Assembly: GCF_006345805.1 (NCBI RefSeq)
Contig: NC_043014.1
Location: forward strand, 48,856,001-48,920,000
Direction: 5' to 3'
Source: Octopus sinensis
Taxonomy: Eukaryota
Length of the DNA stretch: 64,000 nucleotides
In this document: positions 1 through 12,010 of the stretch, one piece after another
Numbering within the stretch: the first letter of the stretch is position 1
How the letters are laid out: every line of letters starts with the position of its first letter
Translations under genes and position numbers: made by a program
Notes under the pieces: generated by a model
What the model was told of the DNA's origin: nothing
Databases searched by the model: none
Seen by the model: the letters and a program-made list of their open reading frames with translations, nothing else

Positions 1-177
1 TAAAAAGCACCCACTACACTCTCGGAGTGGTTGGCGTTAGGAAGGGCATCCAGCTGTAGAAACTCTGCCAGATCAAACTGGAGACTGGTGCAGCCATCTG
101 GTTCGCCAGTCCTCAGTCAAATCGTCCAACCCATGCTAGCATGGAAAGCGGACGTTAAATGATGATGATGATGATGA
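1..177 (+). mobile_element. Retroposon 3' end with (GAT)n tail, family C (also 1743-1880-, 2021-2550-, 6548-6690, 14310-14750, 42790-42977, 54200-54492, 62250-62495)
   Basis: TTGGCGTTAGGAAGGGCATCCAGCTGTAGAAAC...GGACGTTAAACGATGATG recurs many times. Confidence 0.8.
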
Positions 178-204
178 TATAGAATGCAACCATGGAGACA
201 CAAT

Positions 205-590
205 GAAAGGGGGAAGTTATAGTGGAAGGAACGGAGATAAAGTTATGGCGGGAAGGATGAAAGGAGGTATGGAGAAAGTTATGGTGAGGAAAGGGAGGGA
301 GGTGGTGGTGGTGAGAGGGAAAGAGGGAGAAAGATATGGTGGGAGAGAGAAAGTTATGTGAGAGGGAGAAAGAGATTGTGTAAGTTATGGTGAGAGAGGA
401 GGAAGTTATGATGGGAGAGAGGTTGAAAGTTATAGTGGGAAGAGGAGGGAGAAAGTGGTGGGAGAGAGAAAGTTATGTGAGAGGAAGGATGTTATGATGG
501 GAGAGAGGTTGAAAGTTATGGTGAGAGGGAGAGAAATTTATGGTGGGAAGAGGAGGGAGAAAGTGGTGGGAGAGAGAGTGAAAGTTATTG
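205..590. repeat. Degenerate purine-rich minisatellite (GAAAGTTATGGTGGGAGAGA-like)
   Basis: Recurrent AAGTTATG motif within a GA-rich tract. Confidence 0.7.
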
Positions 591-808
591 TCACACATGA
601 AACCTGACTTGAACACCTGTAATCAAGAGGCCTCTATATCACTGTCACATGACCTTCGAGAGTCATGTGACAGAGTTAAAAATGGCCAGTAAAATTAAAG
701 TACCACACAAAATGGTGAATGGTCCCTCAGATATTGCCACACGCTTTCTTCCAACCAAGTTTCATTCACAAGGCTCTGGTCATCCTGGCACAACGAGAAA
801 AAGCATTT

Positions 809-1503
809 GTCAAAGACACCAAGCAACAAGATCAAATCCAAAACCACCAACAGGCCTATGATCAAATAAACTCCAGCCATGAACATCTAGTCTTTTAGCT
901 ATTTTGAGGCATAGTGTACCTTGGACTAGAGTATCCAAGGTGATGGTGTCAAAGACACCAAGCAACAAGATCAAATCCAAAACCACCAACAGGCCTATGA
1001 TCAAATAAACTCCAGCCATGAACATCTAGTCTTTTAGCTATTTTGAGGCATAGTGTACCTTGGACTAGAGTATCCAAGGTGATGGTGTCAAAGACACCAA
1101 GCAACAAGATCAAATCCAAAACCACCAACAGGCCTATGATCAAATACACTCCAGCCATGACCATCCAGTCTTTTAGCTATTTTGAGGCATAGTGTACCTT
1201 GGACTAGCGTATCCAAGATGATGGTGTCAAAGACACCAAGCAACAAGATCAAATCCAAAACCACCAACAGGCCTATGATCAAATACACTCCAGCCATGAC
1301 CATCCAGTCTTTTAGCTATTTTGAGGCATAGTGTACCTTGGACTAGAGTTTCCAAGGTGATGGTGTCAAAGACACCAAGCAACAAGATCAAATCCAAAAC
1401 CACCAACAGGCCTATGATCAAATACACTCCAGCCATGACCATCCAGTCTTTTAGCTATTTTGAGGCATAGTATACCTTGGACTAGAGTTTCCAAGGTGAT
1501 GGT
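809..1503. repeat. 139-bp tandem repeat, 5 copies
   Basis: Units start at 809, 948, 1087, 1226 and 1365, with few substitutions. Confidence 0.95.
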
Positions 1504-1632
1504 TTTCTTTTTCTCAAGGCAGTAGATGTGAAATCAATGTTTTACGAGTTATGTGCTTAAACAAAGAGTATAGCTAGCAATGATGTTTAGTTATGATGCA
1601 GTTGAAATGGGAAAGAAAATGTTTTTACATAC

Positions 1633-1687
1633 CTAGAGCGAAACTTTCGTTTGTATCGTGTGGAAAAAGACATTGATATGAATCTAG
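1633..1687 (-). CDS. POLR1G: RPA34-like exon 5 (LDSYQCLFPHDTNESFALG)
   Basis: tctttgcttccag acceptor, GTATGT donor, open frame. Confidence 0.6.
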
Positions 1688-4600
1688 CTGGAAGCAAAGA
1701 CAAAGAGATACAAAGATATTTAAGCAACCTGTCACACAATTTATCATCATCATCGTTCAACGTCCATTTTCCATGCTAGCATGGGTTGGACGGTTCAACT
1801 GGGGTCTGGGAAGCCAGGAGGCTGCACCAGGCTCCAGTTTGATCTGGCAATGTTTCTACAGCTGGATGCCCTTCCTAACGTCTGTAGAAACACTGCCAGA
1901 TCAGACTGGGCCTGGTGCAGCCTCCTGGCTTCCCAGACCCCAGTTGAACCGTCATGTAAATAAACAGATAGGACTAGTACAGGAGGAAGGAAACAACTAA
2001 ATCAATGACACACTGTTTCATTATCATCATTGTTTAACGTCTGCTTTCCATGCTGGCATGGGTTGGACGGTTTGACTGAGGTCTGGAAAGCCAGCAGCTG
2101 CACCAGGCTGCAATCTGATCTGGCAATGTTTCTACAGCTGGATGCCCTTCTTAATGCCAACCACACCAAGAGTGTAGTGGGAGCTTTTTACGTGCCAGCA
2201 GCACAGGAGCTAATCAGGCTGCCCTGGCATCAATCACATTCAGGTGATGCTTTTTGTGTGCCACCGGTACGGGAGCCAGTCAGGGGGCCCTAGCATCAAC
2301 CATATTTGGATGATGCATTTTACGTGCCACTGGAATGGAAGCCAGTCAGCGAGCACTGGCCACAGCTACGATTTTGGTTTAACTTGACTTAACAGGTCTT
2401 CTCAATCATATCATTTGATGCCGGACGCATCAAGGGTACTTTTAAAAGGGCCAGACATGCAACACCAGCATTGGCCATGGCTGAAATCTCACTTTAGTTG
2501 TTGAGTCTTCTTAATCACAGCATATCTCCGAAGGTCTCCGTCTCCTGTCATTGCCTCTGTGTTAAGTTAAGTTAATTTTGGCTCAAAAAGCAAAAAGCAA
2601 GGCCATGTAGGGAGACATGGAGTTACGTACAGGGTGGTGTTCATGCAAAAAGTTCAGGCCATTTGTGGTCAAGGGAGACTTTGAACCGAGCGGTCGTCGG
2701 CATCTTCACTATTTCGTCCGGCAGCTTATGCCACGGATCCGCAACCCGGATGGAGAAAGCCCCTCTCCTTCGATTGAGATGAAATCGTCGCAGATAGAGC
2801 TTTTTGGAGTGACCCTGCAGCCGACGCTTATGATGTTGTGAGCAAGAATGAGGCATTCATAGGTTACAAAACATTCTTACATGATGTGATGCAACAATTA
2901 CAGCATCCATGTAGAGCAAGCTGTTCTGGAGCTGAACTATTACAATGATGGCACATGGCTTAGTGGGTATTCAGCTCATGATCGTAAGGTCATGGGTTCC
3001 ATTCCTGGCTGTACATTGTGTCCTTGAGCAAGACACTTTATTTCATGTTTTCCCAGTTCACTCAGCAGACAAAATTAAGTAGGGCCAGCCTACCCCTTCA
3101 AACGACGAGGGACAGGGTATAGTATTGAAGTATTGAGAGAGGTGGCTTTATACCAGTTGAAGACAGGTTACATGTAGGTATATATGTATGTATAATAAAA
3201 GGTGGCGAGCTCGCAGAACCGTTAGCATGCCGGGCAAAATGCGTAGCCGTATTTCGTCTGTCGTTACGTTCTGAGTTCAAATTCCGCCGAGGTCGACTTT
3301 GCTTTTCATCCTTTCGGGGTCGATCAAATAAGTACCTGTTACACACTGGGGTCGATATAATCGACTTAATCCGTTTGTCTGTCTTTCTTTGTCCTCTCTG
3401 TGTTTAGCCCCTTGTGGGTAGTAAAGAAATAGGTATATATGTATGTATAATAAAACCTGTCATCACCTGGCATAAAGCCACCTCCCTCAGAATTTCAATA
3501 CTCGAACAAAAGTAGCATTAATTGTCTAGGTCATTCAATTTTTCACAACTGATCAATGGGTCAATTGAGCAAACCAATCAATAACAAATCTATAATGATA
3601 AGTGGAAACAGGTGTAAGACAAATTTACTACAATACATACATACATGCATGTATGTATATATATATTATTGTATGTATGCATGCAAGCATACACACACAC
3701 ACACATATATATATGTTTCACCTTCAAAACGCAGAGTAGATGAAACCATGGCGACTGAAGAAGGGGAATTTTCCTTGTGTTATTTGTCCTGTACTCTATT
3801 TTTTTGTTGTTTAAGAAAAATGTCCAGTTCCTTGGTTTTGTGTTTATGTTCTCGTTTCTCATTGTGTTCAACGTTTTTTTGGTGTCCTGTACCCATATAT
3901 GCGTGTATATATACATGTACAGGTAGGTACGTACATATATGTATGTATATATGCATATGTTTTATTTATTAATGTATTATATATATATATATATATACAC
4001 ACATACATACAGAAAGTGTGTCAATAGCCAGCTGGAGAAGATGTTCTCTTGGGGCTACAAGCTACAGTAACATCCACCCTTAGTGGTTAGCCACATTTAA
4101 GTGGCAAATATACTTCACATTGTCATGCCATTACTGTTTATACCTCGTTCAGAGATTTATTATATATATATATATATAACATGTAAGCACAAAAGTGCAA
4201 AACAAGATGGCGGAAATAGTAACTGAATACCCAAAGTACTGAAGTACACACACACACACACACACACCCTTACATTCAGGGAAAATATACTCACCTCTGA
4301 TGTATTTTGGTTCTTTCTAACAACATATTTAATATTATCCTAGAAAAGAAAATCAAATATAAAAAAAAAGAAACATGTCAATTATTAGAACAGACTAGTT
4401 ACATACATACATACATACATATATATATAGTTAATCCAAACAAGAAAGCACAAAAAACACAACAACGCAAGGACGTGGAACAAATATAGTATTATTGGAC
4501 GCTCAGGAAAGAAGGAGGGTTTAACGTTTCGAGCGGGGCTCTTCGTCGGAAACATAGGAGAAGGAAAGATCCAGAGAAGGGAAGACGGGGAAAAAATCGC

Positions 4601-7600
4601 CAACGGAACACATGCGGTCACAATCAAAAGGATGTGTTATAACACTATTCCACATAAACACAAACAGCTATATCAACACTCACACCTTCTGAGCAAGAAA
4701 GAGAGAGAGACACTGTGTTAGTAGATTATACACAGAGACAAGACAGTCACATCTGGAACAGCTTTTGATTATATCCCTGCTAGATCAGAGCTGACATGGG
4801 GTTAAATAACAACAGAGAATATATTGTTAGCCATAACTTACCGTTTCCTCCAAATGAATATTGAATTTGCTTTTTATCTTGTGACCTGACAGACTGGAAA
4901 TATCAAACTGGAAAATATAAAGAAATACAAACAAATATAGTAAAAATAGCTTTGTGCAATATGTATCTCTCTCTTTTACTTGTTTCAGTCATTTGACTGC
5001 GGCCATGCTGGAGCACCGCCTTTAGTCAAGCAAATCGACCCCGGGACTTATTCTTTGTAAGCCCAGTACTAATTCTATCAGTCTCTTTTGCCAAGCCGCT
5101 GAGTGACGGGGACATAAACACACCAATCTAGGTTGTCAAGCAATGGTGGGGAACAAACACAAACACACAAACATATATATATATATATATATACATATAT
5201 ACGACAGGCTTCTTTCAGTTTCCGTCTACCAAATCCACTCACAAGGCTTTGGTCGGCCCGAGGCTATAGCAGAAGACACATGCCCAAGATGCCACGCAGT
5301 GGGACTGAACCCGGAACCGTGTGGTTGGTTAGCAAGCTACTTACCACACAGCCACTCTTGCACCTATGTACAGAATGTGATGTATGTACAGAATGACCTC
5401 AGTTTATTAACAACTCTCGTGATGAACAAATCAGATTGTGAATCATTTTTCAAGCACAAAACATCTCAGGTGACGAATTGTGTCTCACATAACAAGCATG
5501 CAAGTTGGCAACAGCAGTTGATGACAAGCTGGGAGTATCAGTGGGAGGAGGAGAGTGTCAGTTACTGTCAAGCTTTTCCTCAGTGTATATCCCAGCTCGA
5601 ATTCACCATGGTTTCTCTTGAATTTCCCATGAGGAAAAATAGTTTCAGTTTATGAACATTTCAGGTGACAAACGGCCTTCAGCATCAAACTGAATTTGTA
5701 AACTGATGTTCCATGTATATCTCAGTGGTTTTCAACCAGGGTTCCGCAAGAAGTTACAAAACTGCTAAAATCGGCAGTAATTTTTAATTCTCCGGTGCAG
5801 ATATGTATACATAAGACAATTAAATTATTGCACAGGGGTTCCTCGAGCCAGTGGAATGTTTCCTTGGGGTTCCGCTTCAGCAAAAAGTTTGAAAAGCACT
5901 GGTATATATACATATACACATGTAAAAGTGCCTGTGCAGTGCCACATAAAAGCCCCCAGCACATTCTATAAAGTGGTTGGCATTAGGAAAGGCATCCAGC
6001 TGTTGGAACCATGCCAAATCAGAGTGGAGTCTGGTGCAGCCCTCCCCACTCCCAGTTACCAGCTCCGGTCACACTGTCCACTCCATGCTAGCATGAACAG
6101 AGATATGATGATGATGATATACACACATGTATGCATATCTATGAAAGAAAGCAGCACTCAACACATTTGGTATAGATATATATTTTTTAATAACAGTTTC
6201 ACTCAGCTTCATTGACTCCACACAATAGCTCCATATGCAGTGCTCCAACCACGGAGAGAGCCTCCACCTTCACTGCCCACTTTTGCATTCAACTCTACAC
6301 TACACACACTTGGCCAACTCCTTCCAAATCTTTACCCTTCCACTCCATCAAACTATCCTAACCTCCACATCAAACACACACATAGCAAGTGCAAAAAAAT
6401 ACTTCCAGTTACTTCAAACAAACAAGGCCACTGACCCCTAACAATGTCCCTCCCATCACGCTCATGAACACCCAGAACCTACTCCTACACACACCAAATT
6501 CTATTCTTCCATTCCTCAATTTCTACAGGGTTTATTCTCTGACATTGATTGGCGTTAGGAAGGGCATCCAGCTGTAGAAACTCTGCCAGATCAGGATTGG
6601 AGCCTGGTGCAGCCATCTGGCTCGCCAGCCCTCAGTCAAATCGTCCAACCCATGCTAGCATGGAAAGTGGACGTTAAACGATGATGATGATTTGGAAGAA
6701 CACCCTTCAATTTGTCCCATTCTGGAGAAAGGTAACCTTCTTCAACCCAGCCATCTATCACCCCATTGCTCTCATTTCTAACATCAAAAAAATAAATACC
6801 AGTCAACTACTGGGGGTTGATATAGTTCCCTTTTCTCCCTCTCCCCATGAAATTAATAGCACTGATCTTACTTACATCGACAGGAGATTTTATTAACCAA
6901 AGTTCAATGTCATCGTTTTTGACATCTGAAAGCTTTAAGCTTTTCTTTCCAACAGACTCAACTTGAAAATCCTGAGGACATTTGAAACTGAAAAGAAACG
7001 AAATTATATTTATTTTATATAATTTAATGCTTTACTATAATTTCAGTCTGGATAGGAATACAATTATTTTGATATGCCTCATAAAAAGCACCCAGTACAC
7101 TCTGTAAAGTGGTTGATGTTAGGAAGGGCATCCAGCTGTAGAAACCAAGCTTAGACAGACTATGGAACCTTGTGTAGCCCCTGACCTTATAAGCTCCTGT
7201 GAATCAATAACCCACCTCAGCCCTGTCTTAGGAGCCACTGCTCTACATGGTCATTTGACCAATTAGAAACAACAGCTGAATTTCCACTAAATCACACCTG
7301 ATCATCTTAAACAAAGGAAGGACAAAACTCCTAAACAGTCAGTTTTCTCATGGTTACAATGTCTCTGATCATATCTTCTCAACCAGGTACGACTGAGGCT
7401 AAACATCAACAAAGACTAATCAATGGATTTTATTTGGAGGTTGTTGTTGTAGCAGAAGCATGATCACAGTTTGGCCCTTTACATTTAGGGACCTACATTT
7501 TAGCTCATCACGAGATGGTCAAGTCCTAGCTTTACGCAGGCTGTCCACCCAATCACGTGACAGGCTAGCCAAGAATGCCACCATCAGCTACATAGGGGAA

Positions 7601-8773
7601 GCTTTTCTCACTACTTCCTCAGTGTGGTGGGTTGCACCATGGAGTTTGGATCTCCAGCATAGAGCAAGTTTCATGCCTCTATGCATTACCTGTGAGGAGA
7701 AAATTGTCAGCAGAGATTCTTGTCGCCAGGCTTTGTGTTTTTCTTGTGCAGGAGTTGCTGTGTGGTAAGTAGCTTGCTTACCAACCACATGGTTCCGGGT
7801 TCATTCCCATTGCATGACACCTTGGGCAAGTGCCTTCTACTATAGCCTCAGGCAGACCAAAGCCTTGTGAGTGGATTTGGTAGATGGAGACTGAAAGAAG
7901 CCTGTCGTATATATATTCTACCAGTATACGAAGTTTAAAAGTGTTTAGTTACGTGGAAATTATTTTTAAAAAACTGCGGGTCAAACCGAAAAGATCTAAA
8001 AAAAAATTATGAAAAAAGTAAAATGAAGGAAATGAAGGCTTCTTTCAGTTTCCATCTACCAATCCACTCACAAGGTTTTGGTCGGCCTGAGGCTATATGT
8101 GTGTGTGTGTACGTTTGTGTGTCTGTGTTTATCCCCCCAACATCGTTTGACAACTGATGGTGGTGTGTTTACGTCCCCATAACTTAGCGGTTCGGAAAAA
8201 GAGAGTAACAGACAGTATCTTCATGTTCACGAAGCATGAGGAACCAACGACATCACAGTTTTCAAAACAAATCACTCCGACTTATTTTGGAGGTTTGTCC
8301 GGTTGCAGCTAATCCCCTAACTCATAGCAAATAATATATATAATAAATTGTACTCATTATTCAAGAATATTTACTAATCCATAGACAAAAACTAAAATGG
8401 TTCCGAGTGTCTATTATTTGTTTTGAAAAAAATTCTGTCTTCACATCGTAAAATCTGTAACTCACACGATCTAACCCGAAACTGCCAAGTTTCCGAACGA
8501 ATTTCTTAACCACAAAGCCATGTCTGCTTCCATTATCTGTCCAGCACAAATGAATAGGTAGGTACCAGTAATAGGTAGAGGTCTTAGACTAGCTTTCCAC
8601 ACAAGAATTGGCTTCACATCAACCAGTAAAAGAGCCTCGGGTGATCTACAAGTGGGCATCACATGCTAAGAGATACTATTAAACGGGTGATTACATTATA
8701 ACATAAATTAATATCCAAATAACAGTTGAGTTTTATGTAAAGTGCGTATGTTGAATACTTACGAGAAGGCCAT
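1633..8773 (-). CDS. POLR1G: DNA-directed RNA polymerase I subunit RPA34-like gene, 5' part (5 coding exons: 8763-8773, 6876-6987, 4842-4907, 4295-4339, 1633-1687; continues off the left edge)
   Basis: Phase-compatible GT-AG exons splice to MAFSFKCPQDFQVESVGKKSLKLSDVKNDDIELWLIKSPVDFDISSLSGHKIKSKFNIHLEETDNIKYVVRKNQNTSELDSYQCLFPHDTNESFALG. FxCPxxF and ELWLIxxPxDF match the RPA34/CD3EAP N-terminal domain (recognised from memory). Confidence 0.75.
2562..2856 (-). mobile_element. CR1-clade LINE 3' fragment
   Basis: AFSIRVADPWHKLPDEIV...FKVSLD, (TTAAC)n tail. Confidence 0.75.
3200..3432 (+). mobile_element. tRNA-derived SINE, family A (also 10765-10950, 14752-15198 x2, 23340-23555, 37219-37432, 59455-59825-)
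   Basis: GAGCTGGCAGAA..GAGTTCAAATTCC head, GCCTTTCATCCTTTCGGGGTCGATAAA body. Confidence 0.8.
4295..4339 (-). CDS. POLR1G: RPA34-like exon 4 (DNIKYVVRKNQNTSE)
   Basis: ttttcttttctag acceptor, GTGAGT donor, phase 0/0. Confidence 0.65.
4842..4907 (-). CDS. POLR1G: RPA34-like exon 3 (FDISSLSGHKIK...EET)
   Basis: Strong polypyrimidine/ccag acceptor, GTAAGT donor, phase 0/0. Confidence 0.75.
5723..5901. mobile_element. hAT MITE, same family as 21155-21373
   Basis: Same TIRs, TSD GTATATCT/GTATATAT. Confidence 0.85.
6876..6987 (-). CDS. POLR1G: RPA34-like exon 2 (FKCPQDF...ELWLIKSPVD)
   Basis: tttcttttcag acceptor, GTAAGT donor, conserved motifs. Confidence 0.8.
8763..8773 (-). CDS. POLR1G: RPA34-like exon 1 (ATG GCC TTC TC)
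   Basis: ATG followed by GTAAGT donor; phase 2 matches the next exon. Confidence 0.6.
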
Positions 8774-9849
8774 AAGTGAAATACTGCTTCGGATCTGGGG
8801 GTTTTGGAAGTTAAGCCCCAGAATAACAGAAACACGTGTATTGAACGGCAAGGGGGAAATAATCCAGACTAACAAGCTGTCGGTGTAAAAGCAAAAAAGT
8901 CCCTGCGAGATAATTGTTACTGAAGGGTGTTCGGCTTACGATTCCTAGTGGTACACTATGTCCTTGAGCAATCCGACTATTCGGCTATGGGGAATACGAA
9001 TCTGCAAAAAAAATTGACAAAAATTGGCATTTTTAAATTACTACTCCACTCCCATTGCCTTCATTTTTTTTTTACTTTTTCCATATTTTTTTTTTCAAAG
9101 TATGCGGAAAAATACGGAGATTATGATTCTAAAGAAATTTCCAAAAATTTTTGTAAAAATTTTTTTTGAGAATTTTTTTTTCCAGATATGCGGAAAAATA
9201 CGGACATTATGATTCTGACAAACATTTCAAAACATTTATGTACTTATGGTTAGAGTTAGGGTTAGCGTTTTAGGGTTTGTGTTGGGGGAAAAAAAAATCA
9301 AAATTGAAGAAGTTGAGGGGGAAAGATGGCGGGAAATTTCACAATGCCGATTTTTAGCAATTTTCCGGAACCTCCGTATCCGGGTTTTTGGCGAAAAAAA
9401 AAATTTAAATAAACAAATTTGGGAGAAAATGGTGGGGGACGAGCGGAAGTCTTTCCAAGATATTTTATTTCATGTTGTTCCAGTCTATTCAGCTAACAAA
9501 AATGAGTTGTACCTGTAAGTCAAGGGGCCAGCCTTGTCACATTCTGTGTCTTGCTGAATCTCCCTGAAAACTACGTTAAGGGTAATTGTGGTGTCTTGCA
9601 CCTTAATTTCACAAGCAGGATGTTCCGTTGATCAGGTTGACTGGAAGACTCATAGTCTCAACTATGTCACTGAATAAATTGATAGGAGCTGGCCAGACTA
9701 CAATTGTCTGTTGTGGTACGGTTTCTATGGACGATTGATTGATGTATGAATGTATGTATGATTGTGCACGAGGGGACAGCTACTTTTGAGAAATCTTGAG
9801 TTGTAAGGAGGAATGTTAGGAAGGGCATCGCTGTTACACTTCCAGATGG

Positions 9850-10216
9850 GAAGGGTCTTCCTATGATGCTGACATGCAGTGTCTGTGCAAGACTCTGCTT
9901 CAGTAAAGCTGGACCCAAGAGTCATCCTCGTAGTCATAAAGCGAGACAGATGAGTGACAACGTGGCCACTGGTGGTGGTGTAACACACCATACTAATCAT
10001 ATCTGTTGGGCATGTGGAAGAGAGTGTAATTTGGCAGGAGGACTTAAACGGCATGCAAAGGTACATAAAGCCCAGTTACAACTACAGCCAGCTATTACCA
10101 GTAAAGGTTTTAGTTGCCAATTCTGTACAAGACATTGTAGATCTTTAGCTGGGCTAAAAAGTCACATTTAAGCTTTGTGCAATGGCCATACTCGATAACG
10201 AGGGGGCAGCCATCAT
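9850..10216 (+). mobile_element. 3' end of an RTE-like LINE with three C2H2-like fingers
   Basis: CxxC-x8-GLKxH repeated three times, short 3' UTR, microsatellite tail. Confidence 0.6.
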
Positions 10217-11179
10217 GTATGTATGTATGCATGTATGTTTTGGGGCAGTCATATTTCCCCCTTTTTCTTGCCAAATAAACACAAGCACTATATTTTCATT
10301 CTTCCCTCATTTATTATTGTTCTTATTTTGTCTTATGTCCATTGTCTGGAAATCTTTCATCACACACCTGTGACTCCTTCAGTGACCCTTTCCATCTACG
10401 TGTACCCTCCTACTCTGCCTAGTCCATGTATGTATTTTAATATTTCACTTAGATATAGCAAGACTAATAACCTGGTATAGAACTCAATATACTTATTGTG
10501 TAGAACACAATGTTATATGAGAATAGTAACAAAAATGAAAGAGATGACACCGGAAAAAACCAAATGTTATGTAATGAACTTCATTAGCTTACAGCTGTTT
10601 CTGCCATACTATGTGGTAAGCTCATAGTTGAGTACCAGGATGACATTCTGTCGCTTCATCAGAGCCTTGAATATGAAATGCACTTCATTTAGGAAAGTTA
10701 CATTTTCAGAATATACAGGCGTTATGAGGGAGAAAGTTTATGTTGATGGATATGGAAAGTTCTGGTATTTCGTCTGCCATTACGTTCTGAGTTCAAATTC
10801 CGCCGAGGTCGACTTTGCCTTTCATCCCTTCGGGGTCGATAAATTAAGTACCAGTTACGCACTGGGGTCGATGTAATCGACTTAATCCGTTTGTCTGTCC
10901 TTGTTTGTCCCCTCTGTGTTTAGCCCCTTGTGGGTAGTAAAGAAATAGGATATGGAAAGTTCTATCCAAAGGTAGAAAAAAGTATGCAAATATATGCATG
11001 CACTTAGGGTAGAATTAAAAGGGAGATGTATGGGTAGACGTGTACACTTCTTCATATACATATGTATAGGCAAATACATGTACACACAGACACACACTAT
11101 CACACACACACACACACATACATATGTATATACATACACTCACACACACACACATGCATATGTATATACATAGACTCAC

Positions 11180-11216
<37 letters not shown>

Positions 11217-11786
11217 TACACACACCGATTTGAACCACATCTGGTTCAAATATTCTACCCGTTTCAAGTTAAAACTGGTTAGAACTGGCGTCTCACACCT
11301 GCTCTATAAATATTGTTCTAGATATAAGCAACCACATCATCAAAATATGAAAGCCACAAGATAATGCTTAATTAATTCAAAACTGTAAATAAATAAGCAT
11401 TACATTTGCGGCTGGTTTGCATGGGCGACCGCTGGTCTTCCATAAACAACCATGCTTGGACTTGTGCCTCAGAGAGGAACTTTCTAGGTGCAATCCCATG
11501 GTCATTCATGACCGAAGGGAGTTTTTAGCCCTTATTTGACAGAAGTGTGAAAGCTAAAGGGTTAATCCCATAATCTGTTGTGTTTACCAATGTTCCTATC
11601 TAAAGAGATTTTTCTTCATGTCTCAGGTAAATCAGCTAAATAAAACCGTTTTCCTCATTCAGTTATCAACATGCATTAATGCCCCCACATTAATGGCAGT
11701 GCCCCAGCATGGCCACAGCCCTCAGCTGAAACCAGTAAAAAAATAAATGATAAAGATTCATACCTGCTCTTTATTTTCTATATCAG

Positions 11787-12008
11787 TGTGAAGGCACGTA
11801 GCTTAGTGGTTAGGGCATTCAGCTCACAATCGTAATGTTGTGAGTTCAATTCCCAGCGATGCATTGTGTCCTTGAGCAAGACACTTTATTTTCACGTTGC
11901 TCCAGTCCACTCAGCTGGCAAAAATAAATAGTACCTGTATTTCAAAGGGCCAGCCTCGTCACATCCTATATCACACTGAATCTCCCTGAGAACTATGTTA
12001 AGGGTATA
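11787..12008 (+). mobile_element. tRNA-derived SINE, family D (also 19650-19905-, 39245-39590, 59866-60210)
   Basis: GTGAAGGCxCxTGGCTxAGTGGTTAG head, TCCTTGAGCAAGACACTT body. Confidence 0.7.
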
Positions 12009-12010
12009 TA

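Noticed and set aside
695-1442. Repeated hydrophobic 71-aa ORFs (MxMAGVYLIIGLLVV...)
   Set aside because: Translation artefact of the 139-bp repeat; the unit length is not a multiple of 3
809-1503. CRISPR-like array
   Set aside because: No unique spacers, no cas genes, eukaryotic context
2881-2931. Possible extra in-frame RPA34 exon (LQNSLLYMDAVIVASHH, minus strand)
   Set aside because: Weak acceptor and not needed for the domain alignment; cannot be supported without RNA data
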